Shown: positions 47,417-56,657 of the stretch, piece by piece
How positions within the stretch are numbered: position 1 is the stretch's first letter
How the letters are laid out: each line of letters opens with the position of its first letter
The notes under the pieces: model-generated
Seen by the model: only the letters and a program-made list of their open reading frames with translations
The model's database searches: none
Told to the model about the DNA's origin: nothing
Source of the DNA: Solirubrobacteraceae bacterium
Lineage (GTDB): Bacteria > Actinomycetota > Thermoleophilia > Solirubrobacterales > Solirubrobacteraceae
Assembly: GCA_045805485.1 (NCBI GenBank)
Contig: JBJMLC010000065.1
Location: 16,395-80,394, forward strand
Direction: 5' to 3'
DNA length: 64,000 nucleotides
Translations under genes and position numbers: made by a program

Positions 47417-48577
47417 CTACTCCAGCGCGGCGTACGCGGCGGCCTGAATGTCCTTGTGCACCTGCGGCGGATCGGCGCGCTCCCACATGCGCTGCGTGAG
47501 AACGATCATGATCAGGTCGTGGCGCGGATCCACGCGCCACGTGGTGCCCAGACCGCCGTCCCAACCGAACGTGCCGTCGTGGTGCACGGCCTGGCCGAAG
47601 GACCAGGACATGCTGGCGAAGAAGTTTGGGCCCAGGCCGCCCTTCGCCTTCTGCTCGGGCGTGAGCTGATCGGTTCGCATCGCCTGAGCTGAGCCGGCGG
47701 AGAGGACCGGCGCGCCGTCGGAGAGCAGCATCCGTCCGAAGGCCAGCAGGTCATCGACCGTGGAGAGGAGACCGCCCGCCCCGTCCGGGAAGACCGGCGG
47801 CCGGGCCCACGCGCCGGTCGGACCGTCATGGACCACCAAGCCTTCAGGAGTGGGCTGGTAGGCCGTCGCCAGACGATCGGTGCCGGTCGTCCAGAAGGCG
47901 GTGTCGGGCATGTTGAGTGGCTCGAAGATCCTGCCGGACAGGACGTCCGGAAAAGGCGCCCCCGCGGCACGGGCGCACAGGATCCCCAGCACCGACCCGC
48001 CCGTGTTGTAGAGCCACCGCTCGCCCGGCTGGGCCAGCAGCGGGAGCGTGCCGAGCGCGGTCATCCACGTGTCCGGGTCCAACTCGTCGGCTGGTGGGGG
48101 ACCGGCCGTCCTCACCCCGCGCGCTGCCGCCGCCTCCATGACCGGCCAGGGGGCGGAGGCATAGAACATCCCGGTGGCCATCCCGAAGCCAAACGTGAAC
48201 GTGAGCAGGTCCCGCACGGTGATCGGCCGCCGCGCGGGGACGGTGTCCTCCAGAGGCCCCTCCATGCAGACGAGCACCTGACGGTCGGCCAGTTCAGGAA
48301 GCAGCCGTTCCACCGGCTCCTCGATTTCCAGCAGACCCTCGTCCACCAGCGCCAGCGTGGCTGCGGCGGTGATCGGCTTGGTCGTGGAGGCGATTCGAAA
48401 CAGCGAGTCCCGGCGGACCGGCGGGCCGCCGATCGTCAGGTTCCCGAGCGCCTCGACGTGCACATGCTCGCCCCGGGCCACCATCGCGACGAGCCCCGGC
48501 ACCAGATCGTCCCCGACGTGCGACTCGGCAACGGCGCGCAGACGCTCAATCCCCGTGTTGGTGAATCCGTCAGGCAT
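47417..48577 (-). CDS. Serine hydrolase (beta-lactamase class C-like)
   Basis: FRIASTTK (SxxK), LLTFTFG, QPGERWLYN, GWDGGLGT. Confidence 0.9.
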   Translation of the reverse strand: MPDGFTNTGIERLRAVAESHVGDDLVPGLVAMVARGEHVHVEALGNLTIGGPPVRRDSLFRIASTTKPITAAATLALVDEGLLEIEEPVERLLPELADRQVLVCMEGPLEDTVPARRPITVRDLLTFTFGFGMATGMFYASAPWPVMEAAAARGVRTAGPPPADELDPDTWMTALGTLPLLAQPGERWLYNTGGSVLGILCARAAGAPFPDVLSGRIFEPLNMPDTAFWTTGTDRLATAYQPTPEGLVVHDGPTGAWARPPVFPDGAGGLLSTVDDLLAFGRMLLSDGAPVLSAGSAQAMRTDQLTPEQKAKGGLGPNFFASMSWSFGQAVHHDGTFGWDGGLGTTWRVDPRHDLIMIVLTQRMWERADPPQVHKDIQAAAYAALE

Positions 48578-48594
48578 TGACGCTCCGGACGCTA

Positions 48595-48690
48595 CCGGGC
48601 GTTCCTTTCGCACACCTGGAGCCGCTGCCCCTGGCCGGGCGTTCCTTTCGGACACCCTGGGCCGCTGTCCCTGGCCGGGCGTTCCTTTCG
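48595..48690. repeat. 40-bp tandem repeat, ~2.4 copies
   Basis: CCGGGCGTTCCTTTCG at 48595, 48635 and 48675 with similar intervening 24-mers. Confidence 0.92.
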
Positions 48691-48703
48691 GGGTCATGTA
48701 TGC

Positions 48704-48752
48704 GCCTACCGTCACTGCAATCGCGCATCGCGGATCGCGAGTGACGGTAGGC
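48704..48752. repeat. Perfect 13-bp inverted repeat (REP-like hairpin)
   Basis: GCCTACCGTCACT (48704-48716) and AGTGACGGTAGGC (48740-48752). Confidence 0.9.
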
Positions 48753-48953
48753 ACCGCGGCAGAGTCGCCTCCCGTCTGGCGGGTGGCCTGGATGGCGCCC
48801 ACAACCACAGGCCCCCTTTGTTACGTTCGCCGCCTGCCTCAGGTACCGCGCGCAGTAATGGGCGGATACGGCCCCTTTCTGCGCGTCCTGCGAGCGCGAT
48901 GATCGAACTGCACAAAATGGGCGCCCCGCCTCAGCGCGACTCGCCGCACCCGG

Positions 48954-49072
48954 GGGCACCCGACGCACCTCGGGCACCCGACGCACCTCGGGCACTCCAG
49001 CGAACCCGACGCCTCCAGCGAACCCGACGCCTCCAGGCACCCGACGCCTCCAGCGCACCCGACGCGCCCGGG
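48954..49072. repeat. Degenerate 17-18-bp tandem repeat, six ACCCGACGC cores
   Basis: Cores at 48958, 48976, 49004, 49022, 49039 and 49057. Confidence 0.9.
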
Positions 49073-49109
49073 GCATCCGGCACCTTCACCAACCCGTCTC
49101 CTCCATATG

Positions 49110-49123
49110 CGAACATACGTTCG
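49110..49123 (+). promoter_or_regulatory. LexA (SOS) box upstream of imuB
   Basis: CGAACATACGTTCG = CGAAC-N4-GTTCG, 2 nt before the ATG. Confidence 0.9.
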
Positions 49124-49125
49124 TC

Positions 49126-50322
49126 ATGCCCATCGTCTGCGTTCTGCTGCCCCGCTTTCAGCTCACCGTTGCCGCCGGCAGCCGGACCGAACTGCTCCAG
49201 GCACCCACCGCGCTGGCCCCGGTTCCGGGAGGCATCCAGGTCGTGGGGGAGGTCTCGCTGGCCGCTGAGGCCTTTGGCGTCCATCCTGAGATGCGATTGG
49301 GAGAGGCGCTGGCCCGCTGTCCGCGACTGACGCTGGTCCCGCCCGACCCTGGAGGGGTGGCCGATGCCTGGGAGCGGGTGCTGGTGCGTCTGGAATCGAT
49401 CGGGGCAGCGGTGGAGCCCGAGCGGCCTGGGCTGGTCTGCTTCGAGGCCCGAGGTCTGCTGCGACTGCATGGCGGCCCAGAGGGGGTGCTGAGAGCGGCC
49501 CGGCAGGCCCTGCCATCCTGGCCGGCCCGGTATGGCATGGCCCCCTCCCGCTTTGCAGCTGTGGCGGCTGCAACCCGGGCTCGCGTGCGCCGGCCGGTGA
49601 TCGTCTCCGGCGGCCGGGTCGAGGCCAGGGAGTTCCTGACCTCGATGCCGGTGGCGCTCCTGCGCGCTCGCCCAGCGCTGGCCCGGCTGCCAGAGGCCTT
49701 GGAGCGACTGGGCATTCGGACGCTCGGAGAGCTGACACAGGTTCCGCTGGCGGCGCTGGCGGACCGATTTGGATCGGAGGGTCTGCTGGCTCATCAGCTG
49801 GCCAGCGGAGGCGACGGAATGCTGCACCCCCGGACCGCGACCACGCTGGTGCGTGAATCGCTGGAGCTGCCGGAGGCCGCCTCAGGCCTGCAGCTTGAGA
49901 GCGCGCTCGGCCTCCTGATCGATCGCCTCCTCGCCCGGCGGGAGCGACGTGGCCGGACCCTGCGGGCGGTCGCCCTCTGTGCCGTCCTGGTGGAGCAGGG
50001 AGGCACCTGGCGAGAGCAGGTGGTGTTCCGCGAGCCGCTGGCCGATCCGGTCCGGATCCGTCTGGCCACTGCTCCTCGACTCGTTTACATGCCGGCTCCC
50101 GCCGAGGAGCTCCGGCTCTCGGTGGAGCGCTTCGGTCCCCCGGCCGGTGACCAGCGGCCCCTGCTGGAGGACTCCGCCGCGGCCAGAGAGGCTCGCCTGC
50201 GGGAGGCCATCCGGCAGGTCCGCGCGGTGGCCGGCCCGGACGGCGCCCTGCGCATACTCCAGGTCGACCCCAGCTCCCGTCTGCCGGAGCGCCGGGCGCT
50301 GCTGACCCCGTTCGAGGCATGA
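49126..50322 (+). CDS. imuB: ImuB-like Y-family DNA polymerase homolog (probably catalytically inactive)
   Basis: VSLAAEAFGVHPEMRLGEALARCP, LERLGIRTLGEL, LADRFG; lacks the N-terminal catalytic Asp; SOS box and dnaE2 nearby. Confidence 0.8.
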   Translation: MPIVCVLLPRFQLTVAAGSRTELLQAPTALAPVPGGIQVVGEVSLAAEAFGVHPEMRLGEALARCPRLTLVPPDPGGVADAWERVLVRLESIGAAVEPERPGLVCFEARGLLRLHGGPEGVLRAARQALPSWPARYGMAPSRFAAVAAATRARVRRPVIVSGGRVEAREFLTSMPVALLRARPALARLPEALERLGIRTLGELTQVPLAALADRFGSEGLLAHQLASGGDGMLHPRTATTLVRESLELPEAASGLQLESALGLLIDRLLARRERRGRTLRAVALCAVLVEQGGTWREQVVFREPLADPVRIRLATAPRLVYMPAPAEELRLSVERFGPPAGDQRPLLEDSAAAREARLREAIRQVRAVAGPDGALRILQVDPSSRLPERRALLTPFEA

Positions 50323-50423
50323 GCGCTTCGCGACGCCTGGTCGACCGATGAGCGCTCCGCCACGCCTGGCCGACCGGTGAGCGCTTCGCGCCTGGCCGAC
50401 CGATGAGCGGGCCGCGACGCCTG
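50319..50423 (+). repeat. 29/29/26-bp tandem repeat forming three overlapping micro-ORFs
   Basis: Units start at 50319, 50348, 50377 and 50403, each (A/G)TGAGCG...CGCCTGG. Confidence 0.9.
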
Positions 50424-50645
50424 GCTGTCCCCCGCCGCGTGGCGGTGAGCGCAGCCCCGGATGGCCAACCGCTCGAGGTGGCGGGCCGGCCCGTGGACAG
50501 CGTCCGGGAATCCTGGCTGGTGGAGGACAGGTGGTGGACCGAGCGTCCCCTGCGCCGACGCTACTGGGAGGTCGTCACGGTTAGCGGGCGAGACGAGGTC
50601 GTCTTCCACGATCTGCAGAGCGGGAGGTGGTGGCGCCAGCGCTGA
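50403..50645 (+). CDS. Small Trp-rich protein resembling the ImuB C-terminal domain (DUF6504-like)
   Basis: VRESWLVEDRWW...RRRYWEVVTVSGR...VFHDLQSGRWW. Confidence 0.75.
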   Translation: MSGPRRLAVPRRVAVSAAPDGQPLEVAGRPVDSVRESWLVEDRWWTERPLRRRYWEVVTVSGRDEVVFHDLQSGRWWRQR

Positions 50646-50680
50646 GCCGAGCACACCCCCCGGCTCATAAACTCGTAGCA

Positions 50681-51850
50681 GTGCCGGATCAGCCCGCAGC
50701 CGTCGAGCCTGGGCCCACCGCCGTGGGCACCTGGAGTGGTGGGCGCTTCATGCGCTTCGGAGAGCCGCTTGACGATGACCGGTTCGCGGCGCTCATCGCT
50801 CCTGACAAGAGCATCTCCACGGTCATAACCGCCGACGTCTACGGTGAGGGCGGGGCAGATCGCATGCTCGGTCATGCGCTGGCCGGGCAACCGCGTGAGG
50901 ACGTCTGCGTGGTGGGCGCCGTGGGTCACGACTTCTACGCCGGTCAGCGTGATGGCGCCAAGGGATTCCCGCGCTTCACCGACAGCCGGCTCCGGAGCGA
51001 GGGCCAGTACGCGGACTACCTCCGGATGGCCACTCAGCAGAGTCTGGAGCGCTGCCAGATCGACAGCTTTGACCTCCTGCTGCTCCACAACCCGGACCGC
51101 ACCGGCTACATGAACCAGGCGGTCTGGGAGGGCATGGCGGCCCTGCGGGAGTCAGGGCTGACCCGCCTGATCGGCGTGGCGCCCGGTCCGGCCAACGGGT
51201 TCACGCTTGATCTCATCGCATGTCTGGAGCGCTTCGGGTCGCTGATCGACTGGGCCATGATCATCCTCGGCCCGCTGGAGCCCTGGCCGGGCGAGCTGTG
51301 TCTTGACGCCGCCGCGGCCGCCGGGGTGAAGATCATCACGCGCGTGGTGGATTACGGCGGATTGCTGTTCGACGATCTGCTCCCGGATCAGGAGCTCGCT
51401 CCGGGCGATCACCGTGGCTTCCGTCCCGCGGGCTGGATCGAGGACGGGCGCCGGCGCATGGACCAGATGCGCCCGGTCGCGGACCGGGCCGGGCTCAGCA
51501 TGATCCAGCTCGCCTGCCAATGGAACCTGGCTCACGACGCGGTCGCCTGCGTCGTACCCACGCTGATCCAGGAGCGCGGGCCGGAGGCCCGGCCGGTCGA
51601 GGAGAAGCGGGCCGAGGTGGCGGCGCTGCCCGCCGAGATGCGACTCAGCGACGTCGATGTGCAAGAGATTCGAGCCCTGGGCGACAACACGGGCTGCATG
51701 GCCCTGAAGGGAGCCAGCGTGGAGCATGACGGAGCGCCCCGGCCGGATCGATGGGCAGTGGACTCAGGAATCGTGGAGGTGGGCAGGCGCTGGGGCATAG
51801 ATCCCGGCCGTGACCTGATCCAGCGACCCGCGGCGGTGACCGGCGCGTGA
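50681..51850 (+). CDS. Aldo/keto reductase
   Basis: GTWSGG, TADVYGEG, SLERCQIDSFDLLLLHNPD, IGV, QLACQWNL. Confidence 0.85.
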   Translation: MPDQPAAVEPGPTAVGTWSGGRFMRFGEPLDDDRFAALIAPDKSISTVITADVYGEGGADRMLGHALAGQPREDVCVVGAVGHDFYAGQRDGAKGFPRFTDSRLRSEGQYADYLRMATQQSLERCQIDSFDLLLLHNPDRTGYMNQAVWEGMAALRESGLTRLIGVAPGPANGFTLDLIACLERFGSLIDWAMIILGPLEPWPGELCLDAAAAAGVKIITRVVDYGGLLFDDLLPDQELAPGDHRGFRPAGWIEDGRRRMDQMRPVADRAGLSMIQLACQWNLAHDAVACVVPTLIQERGPEARPVEEKRAEVAALPAEMRLSDVDVQEIRALGDNTGCMALKGASVEHDGAPRPDRWAVDSGIVEVGRRWGIDPGRDLIQRPAAVTGA

Positions 51851-52263
51851 GCCCTGCGCTGACAGGCGGCTGCGGGTGCGGCGCGGTTCGGTTCGAGATC
51901 AGCGAACCGCTGGTCTCGGCCCGCTACTGCCACTGCACGCGCTGCCAGCGGAGAACCGGCACCGCGGCCTCGGCGAGCGCGGCCGTGGTCCCGGGATCCT
52001 TCCGGGTCGTACAGGGCGAGGATCGGCTCGGAGCCTGGAAGCCTGAGGGTGGGGCCGAGAAGTGGTTCTGCACCGATTGCGGGTCGGCGCTGTTCACCCG
52101 CGACCCCGCTGACCCGGACGCCATCGGCGTCCGGCTGGGGGCGATCGACGGCGATCCCGGCGTGCGTCCCAGCGTCCATCAGTTCGTGGCCTACGCGGCG
52201 CCTTGGGAGCCGATTCCGGACGACGGGCTTCCGCGGTATCCGGAGAAGCGGCCGGCCGACTGA
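51847..52263 (+). CDS. GFA (glutathione-dependent formaldehyde-activating)/CENP-V family protein
   Basis: GGCGCGAVRF, CHCTRCQR, FCTDCGS. Confidence 0.92.
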   Translation: MSPALTGGCGCGAVRFEISEPLVSARYCHCTRCQRRTGTAASASAAVVPGSFRVVQGEDRLGAWKPEGGAEKWFCTDCGSALFTRDPADPDAIGVRLGAIDGDPGVRPSVHQFVAYAAPWEPIPDDGLPRYPEKRPAD

Positions 52264-52363
52264 AACTTCGTCAGCGCTCCTGCTCGGCGCACCCGCTCGC
52301 GGGCCGCCCGGGCAGGCGCCCGCACGCCCCGCACGCCCGCCTTGCGCGCTCCACCTCGCCGTG

Positions 52364-52377
52364 CGAACATACGTTCG
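52364..52377 (+). promoter_or_regulatory. LexA (SOS) box upstream of dnaE2
   Basis: CGAACATACGTTCG, identical to 49110-49123, directly abutting ATG 52378. Confidence 0.9.
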
Positions 52378-55300
52378 ATGGGCTATATCGAGCTTCACTG
52401 TCACTCCGCCTTCTCGTTCCTGGACGGGGCCTCGATGCCCGACGAGCTGGTGCCGCGTGCCCTGGAGCTGGGATATGGCGCTCTGGCCCTGACCGACCAC
52501 AACTCGGTTTCCGGCTCCATGGAGTTCGCCGTGTGCGCCCGGGCGCTGGGCCTGCGGCCGATTCACGGCGCCGAGGTGGACCTCGGTCCCGATGACTCGC
52601 GCGCAGAGGGGCGCGAACGTCGCCACCTCACCCTGCTCGTGCAGGATGCCCGCGGGTGGTCCAACCTGTGTCGGATCCTGACGCGCGCCCACGCCCACAC
52701 GCGTGAGCAGCCGGGCCCACCCTCGGATCCCCATGTACCGCTCCAGACCGTCCTGGACCATGCACAGGGTCTGGTGTGCCTCAGCGGGTGTGCCCTGCGA
52801 GGGGTTCACGATGAGCCCACGCTCCGTCGCCTGCTTGACGCGTTTGGTCGGAGTCGGCTGCGGATTGAGCTCCAGCGGCCGTTTCTCCAGGGGGATCGTG
52901 CTCGCAACCGCCGGCTGGAGAGGCTGGCCCAGCGACTCGGGCTGCTCTGCGTGGCCACCGGCAACGTCCATGCCCACTCTCCGGCCCGGGCGCTTCTCCA
53001 AGACGCTCTGGTGGCCGTGCGACTCCACAGCACCCTGGACGCCTCAGAGCCCCAGCGCCGGGGCAACCACAGCCACGTCCTGGCCTCCCCGGAGGCCATG
53101 GCCGCGCGCTTCTCCGAGCACCCTGAGGCGATGGCCGAGACCGAGCGCCTGGCCGACGAGCTGCGCTTTGACCTGAGAAGCGATCTGGGCTATCGCTATC
53201 CGGGGTCAGAGGAATCGGCGGCCATGCGAAACCTCAGCGAGCTTTGTCAGGCTCGGCTGGACACGCGCTATGCCGACGCGTCGCACTCCGTGCGTGAGCG
53301 GGCAGGCGCCCGTCTGGGAGAGGAGCTGCGGATCATCGAAGCTCTGAACCTGCCCGGCTTCTTCCTGCTTCACCACGATCTGCTGGAACTGGCCCGAGAG
53401 GTGGCGCAGGAGCTCCGCGGGCCGGATACGGCGCGAGCCCTGCTGCCCCCCGGCCGCGGCCGAGGCTCGAGCGTCTCCTCAATCGTCTGCTACCTGACCG
53501 GTCTCTCGCACGTCGACCCGATCGCCAACGAGCTTCTGATCGGCCGGTTTCTCAACGAGGAGCTGACCTCGCTGCCGGACATCGACCTCGACTTCCCACG
53601 GGACATCCGGGAGAAGCTGATCCCCCGGGTCCACGAGCGCTACGGCCGGGACCGCTCGGCCCTCGTGGCGGCCTTTCCCACCTATAGAGCCCGGGGTGCC
53701 ATCCGGGAGCTGGGCAAGGCGCTGGGGCTGCCCCCAGGGGAGATCGAAAGGGTGGCTCGGGGTAGCGAAGGCTGGGATGCCCGGGAGGTGGGCCGGGACA
53801 TAGAGGCCGCCTTCGGCCTGGCCGGGGAGCATGGCGGAGCCGACGAGGGACGCGGCTCAAGCGGGCGCCGGGGGTCGTCCGGACGCTGGGCCTGGCTGGC
53901 CCGGCTGGCCGCGGAGGCCCACGGCCTTCCGCGTCATCTCAGCCAGCACTCCGGCGGGATGATCGTGTCCACCCGTCCGCTGGTGGACTGCTGCCCCATC
54001 GTTCCCGCCGCCTTCACCGCAGGGGCGGGTGGGTGGGCACCCAATCATGAGCGCCGTCAGATCTCCCAATGGGACAAGGACTCCTGCTCGGACGCCGGCT
54101 TTCTGAAGATCGACCTGCTGGGGCTGGGGATGCTCTCGGCGGTGGAGCGCTGCGTGGAGCTGATCGCTCGCACGCGAGGCGAGCGGGTTGACCTCTCAAA
54201 GATCCCCTACGACGATCCGGCCACTTACGAGTGCATCCAGAGGGCCGACACGACCGGGGTGTTCCAGATCGAGAGCCGGGCCCAGATGCAGTCGCTGTAT
54301 CGCACCCGCCCGGAGAACCTGCAGGACCTCACGATCCAGGTGGCGATCGTGCGGCCCGGCCCGATTCAGGGTGGGGCCGTCAATCCCTACATCGAGCGTC
54401 GCCAGCGCCTGCGAGCGGATCCCACGTTCGAGGTGCCCTACGAGCACCCCTCGCTTGAGGCCGTCCTGTCGGAGACATTGGGCACGATCATCTTCCAGGA
54501 TCAGGTCCTGGAGGTGGCCATCGCCTTTGCCGGATTCTCGGTGGGCGAGGCCGAGGGGCTGCGGCGGGCCATGAGCCGCAAGCGCTCGGAGGCGGCGATT
54601 GCCGCCTATCACGAGCGCTTCATCACCGGCGCCCGCCGACGGCACGGGGTTGACGAGGAGACCGCCGAGCGGGTGTTCGCGATGGTTCAGGGCTTCTCAG
54701 GCTTCGGCTTCCCCAAGGCCCATGGCGCCGCGTTCGGGCTGCTGGCCTACCAGTCCACCTGGCTGCGTGTCCACTACAGCCCAGAATTCCTGTGCTCGCT
54801 GCTCAACGAGCAGCCGATGGGCTTCTATCCCCCGGATGCCCTGATCCATGAGGCCCAGCGGCGGGGGATCGAGGTCCTGCCTCCGGATGTCAACGAGAGC
54901 GAGGCCGAGTGCGATCTGGGTGAGCAGCAGGTGCGCATCGGTCTCGGCTACGTGCGCGGCGCCCGTGAGCAGGAGGTCAGGGATCTCGTGAGGGCGCGTC
55001 GAGAGCAGGGTCGCTTCCGCAGCCTTTCCGATCTGGCCTCGCGCGCCGGGACGGCGACGCCGTCGCTGGAGCTGCTGGCCTGGTCAGGGGCGTGCGACTC
55101 GCTGGTGGATCCCGTCGATCGCGAGGCAACGCACGGGATGGACGGAGCGGAGCGACGGATCGCCCTCTGGCAGCTCGGAGTGGTCACTCCGGGCAAGAGC
55201 GTGCCCGGTGGGAGACAGCTGGCGCTCCCCCTGGACATTCCCGCTCCTCCCCAGCTGCGTGGCCTCTCCAGCTGGGAGAGGATGCTGGCCGACTACTCCT

Positions 55301-55824
55301 CCACCGGGTTGACCACACAGACTCACCCGCTGGCGCTTCTGCGTCACCGGCTGCCGGACGATGCGGTCACCAGCCGGGATCTGGCGACGCTTCGCCATGG
55401 GGCCCGGATCCAGGTCGGAGGCCTGGTGGTGGCCCGCCAGCGGCCGGGGACAGCCAACGGGATCGTGTTCATCCTCCTGGAGGACGAGCAAGGCACGATC
55501 AACCTGGTCATCCCGGCCAACGTCTACGAGCGCCACCGGTTGATCGTCAGGACGGAGCCGCTGATGCTCGCCCAGGGGCGGCTGGAGCGCCATCCGGCTG
55601 CCGGAGGGGCGATCAACGTCCTGGTCGACCGTCTGACCTCGATCTCCGCACCTGACCAGGTCCTGGCCGACGTCAAGGACTTCTCGATGCTTGACGAGCA
55701 GGTGAGGCGCGGGCGTCTGGCCCAGGCGGCCGCCGAGGCCAGTCCGCAGTCCGAGGGGCAGGCCGAGGACTTCCGTGCCGTGGCGCCGCCGGTGATGAGC
55801 TTCGCCTCCGGGCGCCGGCGCTAA
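52378..55824 (+). CDS. dnaE2: Error-prone DNA polymerase DnaE2 (ImuC)
   Basis: YIELHCHSAFSFLDGAS, GRGSSVSS, PDIDLDF, HLSQHSGG, GVFQIESRAQ, GFPKAH, LNEQPMGFY, RQRPGTANG. Confidence 0.95.
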   Translation: MGYIELHCHSAFSFLDGASMPDELVPRALELGYGALALTDHNSVSGSMEFAVCARALGLRPIHGAEVDLGPDDSRAEGRERRHLTLLVQDARGWSNLCRILTRAHAHTREQPGPPSDPHVPLQTVLDHAQGLVCLSGCALRGVHDEPTLRRLLDAFGRSRLRIELQRPFLQGDRARNRRLERLAQRLGLLCVATGNVHAHSPARALLQDALVAVRLHSTLDASEPQRRGNHSHVLASPEAMAARFSEHPEAMAETERLADELRFDLRSDLGYRYPGSEESAAMRNLSELCQARLDTRYADASHSVRERAGARLGEELRIIEALNLPGFFLLHHDLLELAREVAQELRGPDTARALLPPGRGRGSSVSSIVCYLTGLSHVDPIANELLIGRFLNEELTSLPDIDLDFPRDIREKLIPRVHERYGRDRSALVAAFPTYRARGAIRELGKALGLPPGEIERVARGSEGWDAREVGRDIEAAFGLAGEHGGADEGRGSSGRRGSSGRWAWLARLAAEAHGLPRHLSQHSGGMIVSTRPLVDCCPIVPAAFTAGAGGWAPNHERRQISQWDKDSCSDAGFLKIDLLGLGMLSAVERCVELIARTRGERVDLSKIPYDDPATYECIQRADTTGVFQIESRAQMQSLYRTRPENLQDLTIQVAIVRPGPIQGGAVNPYIERRQRLRADPTFEVPYEHPSLEAVLSETLGTIIFQDQVLEVAIAFAGFSVGEAEGLRRAMSRKRSEAAIAAYHERFITGARRRHGVDEETAERVFAMVQGFSGFGFPKAHGAAFGLLAYQSTWLRVHYSPEFLCSLLNEQPMGFYPPDALIHEAQRRGIEVLPPDVNESEAECDLGEQQVRIGLGYVRGAREQEVRDLVRARREQGRFRSLSDLASRAGTATPSLELLAWSGACDSLVDPVDREATHGMDGAERRIALWQLGVVTPGKSVPGGRQLALPLDIPAPPQLRGLSSWERMLADYSSTGLTTQTHPLALLRHRLPDDAVTSRDLATLRHGARIQVGGLVVARQRPGTANGIVFILLEDEQGTINLVIPANVYERHRLIVRTEPLMLAQGRLERHPAAGGAINVLVDRLTSISAPDQVLADVKDFSMLDEQVRRGRLAQAAAEASPQSEGQAEDFRAVAPPVMSFASGRRR

Positions 55825-55893
55825 GCGTCCGCCCGCGGGTCGCGGTGCGGACCGGGCCGCGCAGGGCGCCGCCCAGCCTCCGCGCACGATATC

Positions 55894-56433
55894 GTGGCCG
55901 CCGTGCTCGGAACCTGGTTCTTCGTGGCGTTCTGGCTTCTCCTCGGTGTGGGCGTGTTCTTCGTCGCCGTGCGCGGTGGCATCAGGGGCACGCGAGCGAC
56001 CCTTCAGTCCCAGACCCACAGCGCCCGGAGGCTGGCCACGATCGGTTTCACGACCGTCTACGTCGCGTTCGGGATCGCCCTGCCGGTGATCTTTCTCGTC
56101 GGAAACCACGTCAACACCAACAGCCAGTACGCCGGCATGCACCTGACCGCTGCCCAGAAGAAGGGTCAGGTGCTCTTTGCCCAGCGCTGCGGCCTCTGCC
56201 ACACGCTGGCCGCGGCCAACACCGATGGGAAGGTGGGCCCGAATCTGGACACGATCAAGCCCACCGAGACGCTAGTCCTGCACACGATCATCAACGGCTG
56301 CCTCCAGAACCCCGGCCCCAAGCAGTCGGCCCAGGGCTGTCTCGGTCAGGGAACCATGCCGGCGATGATCCTCAGCGGGGTCGAGGCGCAGGAGGTGGCC
56401 AAGTTCGTGGCCGCCGTAGCCGGTCGGGTGTAG
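55894..56433 (+). CDS. Membrane-anchored c-type cytochrome
   Basis: Two N-terminal TM helices, CGLCH heme motif, VGPNLD, distal Met in GTMPA. Confidence 0.88.
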   Translation: MAAVLGTWFFVAFWLLLGVGVFFVAVRGGIRGTRATLQSQTHSARRLATIGFTTVYVAFGIALPVIFLVGNHVNTNSQYAGMHLTAAQKKGQVLFAQRCGLCHTLAAANTDGKVGPNLDTIKPTETLVLHTIINGCLQNPGPKQSAQGCLGQGTMPAMILSGVEAQEVAKFVAAVAGRV

Positions 56434-56511
56434 AGCCTGTCCGCGGGCCGCGGTCGGCTCTCCTGCACTACTGCCGCTCCCGTCCGCACTCGCTGTTAGG
56501 ATGCCGCGCCC

Positions 56512-56640
56512 TAATAGCTTAATTCCCGCGTAGCTCATCGAGCAAAGGAAGCGGGGGACCCATCAGTTGGGGCGAATCGCACTCGCCGCGTAGCGTCACT
56601 CTTTCGACGCGAGCCCGTCAGCTAACCCCGTAAGCACGAG
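56512..56640 (+). ncRNA. Cyclic di-AMP (ydaO/yuaA) riboswitch
   Basis: Conserved blocks in order: GCTTAATTCC, GGAAGCGGGGGACCCA, TTGGGGCGAATC, CGAGCCCGTCAGCTAACCCCGTAAGC; GCTTA/TAAGC closing stem. Confidence 0.88.
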
Positions 56641-56657
56641 AAAGAGGAAGGTTGTAC

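Noticed and set aside
48595-48690. Possible mini-CRISPR (16-bp repeat with 24-bp spacers)
   Set aside because: The spacers are near-copies of each other, the repeat is too short and there are no cas genes; it is a tandem repeat
48954-49072. ORFs 48818-49330 (+), 48570-49076 (-) and 48931-49827 (-) crossing the repeats
   Set aside because: Low-complexity translations of stop-free GC-rich repeats overlapping better-supported genes
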